From NCBI GenBank assembly GCA_050273025.1, contig CP158636.1, positions 4,464,001-4,528,000 on the forward strand: 64,000 bases of DNA, read 5' to 3'. Source of the stretch: Cenococcum geophilum (lineage: Eukaryota). The position numbers and the translations under genes were made by a program. Within the stretch, counting starts at the first letter, position 1; each line of letters starts with the position of its first letter. Shown piece by piece: positions 26,656 to 38,043 of this stretch. Under the pieces are notes generated by a model. It was not told the origin of the DNA, searched no databases, and worked only from the letters and a program-made list of their open reading frames with translations.

Positions 26656-29600
26656 CTACCACACTTCTTTACTCCCCCGCCACCCATCCGCCCTCGCCTC
26701 CCTCCTAGGCCTATACATCTTGACCTTACTCCCGCGATCCGAAATAACATTCCACTCCGCGACCGTCGCACCCGTCGCGTTCGGCCTCGGATCGCCTAGA
26801 TTGCCCTGAATGAGCAAGTGCGCATACCGCCCGCTCCACACGACCTGCTCGAGCGTCACGGTGGTCGAATTCCCGACATAGGGCGCGATGGCGGCCGCAG
26901 CGCCGGGGTCGTAGGGCGCGCTGATGCCGACGTCGTTGCTCGCCGTCACGTTGACGATGAGGCGCTGGTCCGCCGCCGCGGTAAACGGCGGGAGCGTCAC
27001 GTTGCTGAACACGACGTTGTAGAAGGCGGGCGGGTTGGCGGCCCAGTCGAAGCGGATGCTGCGGATCGGGTGGAAGGCGTGGCCCAGGTCGACAGTCAGG
27101 ACGGACGTCGTGTTGGCGAAGGACGGCTGCCACTTCGTGCTGACGGCGCCGTCAATGGCAGCGAGTGGGAACTGGCCCGGTTGGAAGGCGGTGTTGGAGA
27201 GCGCCGGCGCGCATTGCAGCACGTTGCCGGGGACGGTGGCGTTTTGGCCGATTTGGCGGTTCGGGACGACAATGGTGGCGTTGGGCGCGAGGGCGTATTG
27301 CGCGTCGCGGTGGCCGAGGGAGACGGGGATGGGCGAGGTGGCGTAGGTGCTGTTGGCGCTGGAGAGGGCGCGCGGGAGCCGCGTGATGGTGGTGTGGGTT
27401 TGGTTGGAGGTGGCCTTGATGGCGTGGCCTTGCCAGTAGAAGGCACGGTAGCTGAGCGCTGGGATTTGAGGCGGCAGGCTGGGGTCAATGTCGAGGCGGT
27501 CAATGAAGAGACGAAGCCCCAAGTAGCCGTAGATAGCGACGCGGTTGGCACCGCCCATTCCTGTGAGGAAGGGGTAGGCTGGGTGCGTACCACCGTTGGC
27601 TTCGTAGTTGTCGATGAGTTGCTCGGAGAATTGGAACCATGGAGCCCGAGTGTACGGCTGAGAGCCGTATAGGTCGTAGGTGTAGGACGAACAGCCAGAA
27701 GGTGAGATCTCGTTGGCTACGATGCTGAAAACTCCATAGGTCATTCCAGGACCATTGAGGGACTGCTTTGCGGCGTAGTAATCTAGATCTGAATTCGAGT
27801 ACGGACTATCGTAGTCTAAGACGTCATCCAACAAGACAACGTCGGCCTGTTTGACTGAAATGGATCCGTTCATTGTCTGATACTCCAGGATAAGGTTCGC
27901 TTCTGGGTCGACTGGAAGCTCAATTTTTTGAACTTGCTTGGTCCAAGTATCGTTCACGGGAAGGCCGAACCAGCTGTTGAATACATTCGTCTGGTTCAAG
28001 TGTTTCTGTATAAGAGCGGTCGTGAAGCCGGGATTATCGACATTGTTCGCGTACTCATCCGGATCTGTCGCATTGGTCAGGACGTAAAAGCCGCTCGACT
28101 CGTTGAAAGTCAACAGCTCTGAGTAGAAATATGCAATGGAGTTGTATATAGGAAGTAGCTGATCCTTGAAGTACTCAACATCTCCAGTAGCAGCGTAATA
28201 ATTGTACAACTCAAGTCCAATATCTCCATTGATGTGGTACTCGTAGTCGAAGCAAGGCCCAGTCCCTGTACAATTTCCGAAGCGCCCGCTGGTCCACGGG
28301 AAGACAGCCCCACCAGCTGTGAACTTGCCTGTCTCATTTTGGGACGAACTGAATGCCATGTTGATGTTCTCTTTCGCCTGAGGATATTTTTGAACGCGGT
28401 AATTGGCAACCTGCTTGACGGATTCTGGATGAGATACGACGAATCCAGGGGCCATCCACACCTCTGCATCCCAGAAAACCAGCCCTGCATAACACTCGGA
28501 CCCAAGGCCGCAAACGCTAATGCTATTAACATCCAGCATAGTGTTGTTGCCTGCCATAAGAATCGCGTTCATCCCGACGGTATTTTGAAGGACGTGGAAA
28601 GGGTTGGTCACGGCCGTGATTTGCAACTCCTGGATATTTCCATCGTCTGGCAGACTACCATTGGCAAGGGAATAGTCATCAACAGAATCATCGGTCAGTA
28701 TGCTGTTCCACTCCTCCGTATGCGAGTGAAGCATATTAACGAATCCGGTCTTGGCTCCCGAGAGAGAGGCGTTCTGGGCAATCAACTGCGGATCCTCAAA
28801 AGCGTCCGTAGATGCGCCACCAATGTATTTCTCGACGGTGGCAGTTTTGTTGGCCACGAGACTAATATCGATGGATTGCGCAATCGAGGACACGTTGCCA
28901 CCAAATATTCCCTCGGTAACCTGAGCTCGCTTTGACACATCAACACATTCGTTGCCACTTAAAGTCGAGTAGATATATGCAGTGACATTGCTAATTCCAT
29001 TCGGTCTGACAGCGGACCAGATAGTTGGGTTGTCGGCCTCAAATTTCTTGTCCACAAAATCCGTCCGCACAGCGCAGTCCCCGTCAAGCACATCAACTAC
29101 GGTCACTTTGATGTCGCGGGAAGCTGTGAGCTTGAGTTGGATCGCTGCCTGATTGACATAGAGTTTGTGGACGAACATGGCATACTCGACAAGTATAGCA
29201 TCTGCGCCTGAAGGAGTCCATGTATAGCTCCAAGTCATCAACCCTGCTCCAACATCGAGTGTAGATGAGAATCCGGAGATGGTGTCAGGATCAACTGAAG
29301 CATTCAGTATCTGACCATTAGCTTCCACCGCCAATCCAGCCCAGTGCGGCACACCGCTGATGACACTCTCCCCGCCGTATTGGTACAACCATGGGTAATT
29401 CGTTCCATTCGTTCTAGGCTGAGAGTCATAGAAACCGGCAATAGTCGCAAAAGTTTGGCGGCGATCAAAAAGTGGCCAGCCATTGATGTTGTCACCGTCG
29501 ACGGGTTCGTCGACCTCGAAGAATGGCCCCGCGGCTGCGAGATTGATACCCAAATAGCCATTGGCTAGCGAAATGCGCGATTGGTAATGACCTTGGTCCA

Positions 29601-29736
29601 GATTTGTTGTCGTAAGCCGCCAATGCTCATTGTCCCAAGTAACGCGATTGAAATGCGTATCGTAGGTTGTCGCGACTACAGTATTCAGACCACCCCAGAG
29701 GGCTATTGCGACTGAGAAGAAGGCCAACTGAAGCAT
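26656..29736 (-). CDS. ATH1: Secreted/cell-wall acid trehalase, glycoside hydrolase family 65
   Basis: 1026-aa intronless ORF with a hydrophobic signal peptide. Contains YQSRISLANGYLG, YAGLVFWDAEVWM, DYEYHINGDI, TDPDEYAN, VKQADV, HPAYPFLTGMGG and a C-terminal AIDGAVSTKWQP discoidin-like domain. Many N-x-S/T sites. Confidence 0.95.
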   Translation of the reverse strand: MLQLAFFSVAIALWGGLNTVVATTYDTHFNRVTWDNEHWRLTTTNLDQGHYQSRISLANGYLGINLAAAGPFFEVDEPVDGDNINGWPLFDRRQTFATIAGFYDSQPRTNGTNYPWLYQYGGESVISGVPHWAGLAVEANGQILNASVDPDTISGFSSTLDVGAGLMTWSYTWTPSGADAILVEYAMFVHKLYVNQAAIQLKLTASRDIKVTVVDVLDGDCAVRTDFVDKKFEADNPTIWSAVRPNGISNVTAYIYSTLSGNECVDVSKRAQVTEGIFGGNVSSIAQSIDISLVANKTATVEKYIGGASTDAFEDPQLIAQNASLSGAKTGFVNMLHSHTEEWNSILTDDSVDDYSLANGSLPDDGNIQELQITAVTNPFHVLQNTVGMNAILMAGNNTMLDVNSISVCGLGSECYAGLVFWDAEVWMAPGFVVSHPESVKQVANYRVQKYPQAKENINMAFSSSQNETGKFTAGGAVFPWTSGRFGNCTGTGPCFDYEYHINGDIGLELYNYYAATGDVEYFKDQLLPIYNSIAYFYSELLTFNESSGFYVLTNATDPDEYANNVDNPGFTTALIQKHLNQTNVFNSWFGLPVNDTWTKQVQKIELPVDPEANLILEYQTMNGSISVKQADVVLLDDVLDYDSPYSNSDLDYYAAKQSLNGPGMTYGVFSIVANEISPSGCSSYTYDLYGSQPYTRAPWFQFSEQLIDNYEANGGTHPAYPFLTGMGGANRVAIYGYLGLRLFIDRLDIDPSLPPQIPALSYRAFYWQGHAIKATSNQTHTTITRLPRALSSANSTYATSPIPVSLGHRDAQYALAPNATIVVPNRQIGQNATVPGNVLQCAPALSNTAFQPGQFPLAAIDGAVSTKWQPSFANTTSVLTVDLGHAFHPIRSIRFDWAANPPAFYNVVFSNVTLPPFTAAADQRLIVNVTASNDVGISAPYDPGAAAAIAPYVGNSTTVTLEQVVWSGRYAHLLIQGNLGDPRPNATGATVAEWNVISDRGSKVKMYRPRREARADGWRGSKEVW

Positions 29737-30313
29737 TACGAGGGCTCGCCTTTTCTCAGGAAGGTGTAGTGGGAGAGTGGCTGTTGGAAAAGTGTCAACC
29801 GGAGTCCTGACCCTATTTTCGGCGCGAATGAATTCATGAAGAAAACAAATGAGCAGATATGCAGTGAATGAAGGGGAAGGAGATGGTGAAGGAGATGCAA
29901 GGATGGGTGGTATCGCCGCTGGAGGCAGAAGTACATATTGACAGGATTTACCTGGGCCGGGGATATAATCAAGTTTAAATGAACATCCGCTGAAAGTGTG
30001 GATTGGCTAGCCTAACGATGGTGATCATTTAACGTATTGCAGTCGTACTAGCCTGTCGGAGGATTGCTAGAGTCCGAGACACTCAAACAAGTCAGTCCTG
30101 GCCTCCACCAGCTGTATACCTTTGCTACTCTCCAATTGAACTTGCCTCAATCGGATGTACGCTTTGCAACTGAAGCAGCTGAAGCAATTGGACGTAGCAA
30201 CCAAAATATAAAACTCAAAGGCGCAAGCAGAGGTGAGGAGTGGGACAAAGCTTGTTAATAGGCTTCAGAAGTTGAAGAAAATGACGATGAGCGTCATTCA
30301 ACCACCCCCCAGG

Positions 30314-30565
30314 ATTAAACCCATGATTAAACCCATGATTAAACCCATTATCCGGGGATATCCTTGTTTCCATCGTCGACCCCGTTGGCCCTGCTGACAA
30401 GGTCCACAATGCTCGCAAATCCCGCAAATCCCGCTTTGGCCTGCCATACCTGGCTTCGTCCTTGCAGATCCCCGCTGTGATGGCCAGCAATATGCGACTG
30501 ACTGAGTGTATGTCCGCCAGTGGTGTTGATGATGCAGACGATGCAGACGATGCAGATGGCGCAGA
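30314..30565. repeat. Short tandem repeats upstream of the trehalase
   Basis: GATTAAACCCAT x3 (about 30314-30349) and GATGCAGAC x3-4 (about 30531-30566). Confidence 0.8.
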
Positions 30566-30815
30566 CTGCAAGTCCGGGGTAAGACGGCAAGGAAAAACAA
30601 AGCAACCCCGCAATTTGTTCGGTAGGGCGCCGGTGATGGCGCCTCGTGCATATTCCGCCTCATCACTACTTTTTGCTCCGAACTCTCCGCTGTTGAGCCG
30701 GACACCAAGACACCCCAAGACCCGCCCTCCCATGACCAAAACTTTAATAATCCCTCTCTAAATTCTTATAATAACTATCTATATATATAAAAATAGTATA
30801 TAATATTCTTGATTC

Positions 30816-31325
30816 TTAATTAACGTCTGATGCGGTCCCAATTAAGGTCAATGCAGACTCATTCCGCTGAGTTTGGTACAAAAACCTCCAAGGGAGACGT
30901 GAGTGGTAATACAGCATGTACCCCTCTAGGTAGCACGCCCGTACTACGGGAGGAAAAATACCGTTAGGTCGCTGCTCTAAGACTCCTACAAGGGAGTGCC
31001 CTAATTGCCTATCTTGCCCTATCTGCCGTTCGTACCATGCTTCCACTTGATTGTAGATCGCCGTAAGATTCTTACGTGTCCGCCCTTGCTCCCGTTTGAA
31101 TGCCCTGTGTATATATATGTATACGCCTGCGGTCCTCCTGCTTGCAGCATAATTTCCACCCTAAAGGAACAGCGGGACGAATTTAAACTAATATAGAACT
31201 AGGTGTCTTGTCCTAGGGCTCTAACCTGGGTCCCCTATACACATCCCCGGCCAAAGATATAGAGGAGGACGAAATACCGCGGGTAAATCCAGGCTGTCGG
31301 GTAGGATAGGGAATGAGAGGCTTAT
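30816..31325 (-). pseudogene. Lightly RIP-damaged ORF of unknown function (about 170 codons)
   Basis: ORF 30816-31046 extends upstream through a few TAG codons (TGG/CAG-revertible): SLSFPILPDSLDLPAVFRPPLYLWPGMCIGDPG...HRAFKREQGRTRKNLTAIYNQVEAWYERQ. No recognisable domain. Confidence 0.4.
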
Positions 31326-31689
31326 TATAGGCCTCCCGGGGCGTATACGGTTCGTTTAGTTACTATACTATGTAGGTGCCGTATTGTATAATCGTATACC
31401 GTATAGGAGGAAAGGGGGACGCCGGAGGTAGATGCCGTGTTTGAATAGCTAATTCGACATACGATAAGATGTAATGGTCGTGTTTTAAGCCTCCGCTAGG
31501 GCTCGCCCTCCCAGCGAAAACTCTTCACATTACTACCACGTCGCAGCGCTGACGCTACGCAGCCGTACGTACGTCTCTCTACGTTTGCTCTAGTAGTCGA
31601 TTAGCACAATCCTAATGGAACACTAGTGATGACTGCTAGGTTCCCGGGCTCCACCACGTGGAGGTACAGAGGCCGATTTTTATGGAGCC

Positions 31690-34600
31690 CTAATAGTATA
31701 TAATATACTAGATATCTTAGGTCTACTTTTAGTTTATCTATTTTATATATTTTAAATTAATAATTCCTTTACTTAAGTAAATACTATAAGACCTTTATTT
31801 TAATTTCCTATGACCTTATCTTATTTAAGTTATATACGCCTATTATATCTCTTTTGCGGTAAAAAGGCGTTATTATAACTATTCTCTTAAGATATTATCT
31901 ATACGCCCGTTATATATACAAAGTTTTACTATAAAAATATCTAGAACTATAGAACTCTGCTTAAAAAGAAAGACACTATCTCTACTCCCTACTATCCAGC
32001 TAATAGCTCTCGTATACTAAGGAAAGGCGTAAATAATAGAAGTTATCCTTATAGCAGCCTAAAGCCACCTAGTAAATCAGCGCGTAACTATTTATTATAG
32101 TTTAACGTAGATTATTATAAACTAAGAGCATAATATAGTTAAGACTGCGAAAAATGCAATAATTAAAATTAAAAATATTAGTAAGCTTAGGAAAAGCTTA
32201 GGAAAAGCTTAGGAAATAAGGAGTATGGTAATACTTTTATAGACATTAGAAAGCTCTTAAAGATTACTTATAAGGTTAATAAAATTAAGACAGTATAGGA
32301 TATAGTTAAGAAGAAATAGAGATAGGAGCTTTTAGAAAGTCCCTATAAGTTCTTCTATATATATTATACACTAAAAATTATCCGTATTTTTAATAATTAG
32401 GCATTAAAGAGCTGGTAGACGCGTTAGAAATAATTAATAATAAAATGCTAAATCGCTTAAAGCTCTTAAAGGCTAAGATCTTAAGGACCCTATACCTAAC
32501 GCCCTTGGACTTCCTTACTACTTATAAATTTAGACTAGAGGTTAATAAGAAACTAGTTAAGAAATAGAAGCTTGCCTATTATCCAAGCTAAGGCTATAAG
32601 CGTTTAGTGCTAGCCTTAACTATTAAAACTAAGGAAGAGGAGTCTATACTAGAGCCAGTTACCCTAATACCTTAGTTATTTCCTTTTGAAGAAGTTAAAG
32701 GTTTAAGTATAAAGATACTCCGCAGTTTGTTCCTATTTAGAGGTAAAATATCTAAAGCTAAAGCTAAAGACTTAGAATCTAATAAATCTATATCTTTAGA
32801 AAATATCCTTATCTATTATAGGACTTAGTCAATCGAGGCACGAGCGCCGTAAAAAACGTATGCAAGCCTGTACAGCCGGATTGTCTATCGACGAGGATAT
32901 TAAGCTAAGGATTTAAAGGTGGTAGAAAGGACGTCTATATATATATGCCAAGTCTTAAGCGAGCCCTTGACTAGATCCGTTACGGTGCCGTAACATTATC
33001 GCTAGCTCTCCATAGCAATGTAGAGCTAGAAAAGCTTTTAAGAAACCTCCTAAAAAAGCTAAAGATAGGGCTTATAGAACCTTTAGCTTCTAAAGAAGTT
33101 AATAAAAAAAGGGGAAAGGTAGCTATAATTACTAAAGCTAATAGGGAGGCAAATAATAGAAAACTATAACTAAAGTATAAAATAAAATACTTGTACTATT
33201 TTAAAACGCTAATTAAATTAATAAAGGCTTTTAATTTAAAGAAAGAACTAAAAGACAGTATCTCGTTTATCTTATAATAGTTTATTATAGCCTAGTAAGA
33301 AAATAGAATAGAAGTCCGCATTTAAAACTAGATATTAGTATTTTTTTTATATATTTATATTTATAAATCTACTTAGTCTCTAAGAACTATAATACTATTA
33401 ATATTCTCTAAACGGCTAAAAGCTCTTATTTCTAGTTTAAAAGAGATAGTTGTCCTAAGTATATAAAAATAATAATTCATTACTTAACGTCCGATTTGGA
33501 TCCCTATTAGGCCTATACGGACTACTCCTTATATATATATGGGGAGAAAACTCTATTTAAGAAAACCCCGTAATCCATTTCCCCGCCTTTTAGGACTCGC
33601 CTATAAGGCGCCTATGAGGCGCCTACGAGTTACCTATAGTGCTCCTACTACCTTACTTTTTAATCTTCTTAGGAACCACTGCTGCCGTAACAAGCCTACG
33701 GACGCGCTAGTATTGTAAACTTTACTCTACTACTATAGAGTTATTAGGGGGCGCCCGTTGCTTGCCCTTCTACCCTTTATTACTATTTCCTTTGCAACCT
33801 AAAACTGGTTTAGTATATTTTAGCTAATAAGCCACTAGGTAACCACCTTAAGGCCTTTTTATATTAAGAGCAGTGTCTTATAGTTCTCTATACTAGCTAC
33901 TAAAAGTATTACTTCTTAGTTAGTGTATAAGGGGTATTGTAAGCTTTGCAGTGTAGAAGAATTGCAAGAACGACTTAATTGTAATTCTATGGAAATCAAG
34001 TGATATAAATACATGAGGAAGGTGTTGGTAATAAGATGAAAGGGGAGACTACTACGTAACTAAAACAGCGTAATACGTAAGTGATACGCAGGCGATACGC
34101 AGTCGAGACGCAGGTAATACGCAGGTGTTTTGGCATAGTACCGGTAGTCGGTTATAGGTATAATAGTATTATATATTTTAGTGTCTGTCTTAGCTAGCTA
34201 TATTTATATTTTAGGCTACCTAATAGAATACTTACCTAGTAGAGCCAGTCTTTTAGTCCTATTATTCCTGTTCTTAAAAGTATTGCTATTATATTTTCTA
34301 CCTTTATTAGGCCTTCTTAGAGCCTTAGAGTATTTACCCCCTATAGCGTTAACTATGCTACGGCTTAGGTTCCTTTTACCTTAGTTAGCCTCTGTACCTT
34401 TAACTCCTATATACCTCTCTAGCGTTAATCTAGCCAGTATTATATTGCTATAGATAGTTTCCCAGTATTCTTTTATACTCTACTTTAGCTCCTTTCTCTC
34501 TCTTACTATTATCCTTACTGGCCTCTTACGCGTCTCCCTTCCTTCTCTATATGGGCCTAGGCCCTAAAGCAGCACCATTCTTCTTCTACTTTCTTTACCT

Positions 34601-37300
34601 ATTTCTCTAATATATCTTCCCTACTTTAGGGTTGTTGGTTTATTCTCCTATAAGGCGCCCTAGGGTCCCTCTATAGTTTATTTAGGCGTGTCTTAATATA
34701 CTTTATAATATTAGAGTTATATTCCTTTTATACTCTTTATATTACAGTGGCTTTAATATATAGTTATAGGGGGGGAATATTAGCTTCCTTCTCGAGTAGT
34801 GCTGTGGCCGTTCGCTTATATCCGCCTATTATACTCTAAAGGTAGGCTATTTAGACCTTTTAAAGTGGTTTAAGGAGCGATTTAGGGGAGCCTTTCTTAG
34901 ATTCTCCAATGGCCCAAATACTGGACCTATATATTATGGTTGGCTGGATAACTACTATATATAGTAGGCGTAACCTCTAAAAGCATAAACCCTATATAGA
35001 ATTAACGATCCTAGATAATACGCTGTACTATACTTGGCCCTTATAGGCCGCTTACGCCGCATATACGCTCCACCGGAGCTTACTATCTACCTATACTCCT
35101 AATACTCTTAGGCCCTAAACTGGTTAACCCCTAAAGCCTTAGATGCGAATTATATGCTAGAGATCTATAGATTAGTTGCGTTTTCTTATAAAATAGATTA
35201 GCTGGTATTTCTCTAGTAAGAATTAGACTCTATATCGCCTTGCCTATTCTATATAGGTATTATAAGCTTTCTCTAGTGTTCTGCAATTCTCTGCGGCTGT
35301 TAGCCCGTATATAATTAGGTTTGTGTTATTAACAAAGCCTATCCCCTAGGTCGCTGTCCTAAGTATATAAATAATAGCCTTAGAATTTACGTTTATTCTA
35401 ATATACGGCCTAATAAGTACTAAATATATTGTATAGGGTTTAAGAAGCTTATATTAGGCTTTAAAAGGGAAGCTAAATAGGATTTACTTAGAATCCACTA
35501 CGTTGATTTATTTAAATAGTAGGAAGACACCGAAATTTTAAGCCTTTTTTAAAGAAAAATATAATATATACACGTACTATTTACGGAAGACTAGAGAAAG
35601 AGAAGGTAGTATCCTTTAAACTATATAATATTCCTTACTATAGTAGGTAGTTTAGATAAATTTAAAGTATTACTAGTATATAGTGGCTTTACGCACTAAT
35701 AGAAACTTGTCTTATTGCATATCTAAGCTATACGCTCCAGTTCCTTAATAGCTATCTCCTTGGGGGGTAGAGCTTAGAAATTAACCTTCTCTAAGAGTAT
35801 AAAGGAGGGCTAAATTCTAGAGAAAGTTAGCTTTGTTTTTATATTTCCCTAATTAATATAGAAAGTTAATCTTATATAGCGCTCTTGTCCAAAATATATT
35901 AATATATATTAGAATAAATAGATTTACTTTAGGAGTGTAAGGAACTTAATAGTAGGGGACGTATTAAGAATATAGAGATAGCCTAGACTAATTAATACTA
36001 AGAAATTTAGGCTTAACTAAATATGTATTATATTGAAAACTAGTAAAGTATAGTTTATAAAAGCTACTATTATATAAAAAGCCTCTTAAGTAATATTAAG
36101 CCGCTTAATTATTATATTAGACTTAATTGTAATCCTACTAAATACTAAGAGATTAGAAATCCTTAGGCTTAAGAGCTAGTAAACCGTTATATAGATAAAT
36201 CTAAACGCTTTTCCTTTAGTATTAACTCCTACTAGTATGTCTATTACTAATACTCCTCTATATAAATCTCTGGCCTATATATAGCTGCAGGTAAAGAGCG
36301 TTTGCCCAAATACCCCAGTTAAGAGACCTTTATAAGATAACGCTTAAGTAAGGGTAAAATAGTAGGTAGTCCTAGATCCTACCTTAGATAATAAATATAA
36401 AGCATTTTAGGGAAGATATAAGGCGCGTATTACAGAGGCTATTTACAATAGCTTTAAAAAGCTAAAGGAATTTAAGGAAGGAGTATTTAAGTTAAAGTCT
36501 TATTTTTTGGCAAAGGAATAAGGGTATAGATGTCCTGTAGATAACCTAAAGTATCCTAAAAACTTGGTTTCGGATCTATAATATAAAGATAACTTAGTTA
36601 GAATAACCTCTAGCGCTCCCCTACTAACTAATTATTGTTTTAAAGGCTACTCTAAAGGTAATAGTAAAGCTATTACACCTTAGGGTACTAGGACTACTAC
36701 TCTAAACCTTAGTCCTAATACCTTTAATAATAAAGTAGCGCCTATAGAAATTAAGCTGGAGCTAAAGGATATAAGTAAGTCTAAAAAAGATATTTACTAG
36801 CTTTTACTAATACTTTAGAGAATATTAATAAGCTAGCAGTATTACACCACCTAACACTTTTACTAATTTTGGAAAAGAATACTACTTTAGGGGAGTAGAT
36901 TGTTAATTCTAGTGTTCTCTAATATCCTATATAGAAGATAATGTAAGCGGAAATAAATACTGTCCGTAAAAGGGTATCTTTAAAACTCTAGGTTGGCGTC
37001 ATTAATACTTAAAATAATATAAGTACAGAGCTTAAGGCGGAAGATATAGCGGAAGTAGATAAAATAGAGGCGATAATTAAAGAAGGGGTATAGGTAGCTT
37101 TAGAGGAGTTAAAGGAGTACTAAGAGTTAGGTTATTTTTTTATCTTTAGGATTTATAAAGAAACGTTAGGGGATATCGTATTAGGTAGAGGTGGTAACGT
37201 AGTAGTATAGAGCGTCCCTTAATTATTTTAGTTTATTTCTTATTACGTATAGAACGCTTAGTATTATATATATTAGAGAAGGAACTTAGGTTTTAGGGAA
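31690..37300. other. Heavily RIP-mutated sequence of unresolved identity (degenerate TE and/or gene relics)
   Basis: Strong TpA excess and no long ORFs. Coding-like patches on both strands could not be assigned to a family. Confidence 0.5.
32814..32995. repeat. Solo LTR with TSD TTATC
   Basis: TTATC|TATTATAGG...GGTGCCGTAACA|TTATC. Homologous to 37861-38043 (shared ACGTCTATATA..AGCCC..ACTAGATCCGTTACG). Confidence 0.85.
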
Positions 37301-37860
37301 ACTAATATAACACAATCCAATTTACCCTCTAGTTATTCTTCTACCTCTCTAATATAACTTATCTAGTCCCATTTCCCTTATAATACTTAACTAAGTATTA
37401 TGTTTTTAGTGCTAGACTTTGCCTTTCTATAATATTAAAGATCGTGAGGCCTAGATTAATTAGGATTTAATATAAATATAAGAGTAACCTAGTACCTAGC
37501 AATAGCTTTCCTTAATTTACTCGTTAATGTATCTAGTTTTAAAGCAGTTAAACTCTATAAGATGCCGTATATATAACCGCTACATTATACCTACTACTTA
37601 TACTAGAACTAAAAGTTAGTGCTATTAAATAGATCTATAAGTATATAGGTAGAAGCGGCGATATAGCTAGTAAATAGTAATATAAGGATTATTAAGATTT
37701 TAAAATATAATCTAACGGCGCCAGGCCTTAGTGGTAGCTTTATGTTTATTAAATTAAGGTATATAAAATTGTATATTATACTAATATAGATTAGTAGCGC
37801 TAAGGATAAAGAATAGAGATCTATTTTTAATATTTTTAGTATAAGCTATAAGCTTATTTC

Positions 37861-38043
37861 TATTACGGTGACTTAGTTAATTAAGGTACTAGCACGGTAA
37901 TACAACGCGCGCACGCCTATACGATTGGTAGTCTATAGACTTAAATATCAAGATAAGGAGCCGAAGGTAGAAGAGGACACGTCTATATACATATACCAAG
38001 GCTTAACTAAGCCCCTAACTAGATCCGTTACGATGCTATAATA
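37861..38043. repeat. Solo LTR inserted in the Helitron Rep region
   Basis: TATTACGG...GATGCTATAATA with flanks ATTTC/ATTTA (one mismatch). Related to 32814-32995. Confidence 0.8.

Noticed and set aside
26726..29568. Several long ORFs overlapping the trehalase on other frames and strands
   Set aside because: Shadow ORFs from GC-rich codon usage, with low-complexity translations and no motifs.
11202..37300. Starship-type giant transposon carrying NLR-like cargo
   Set aside because: No DUF3435 tyrosine-recombinase captain or element boundaries recognised in the window. It cannot be excluded outside it.
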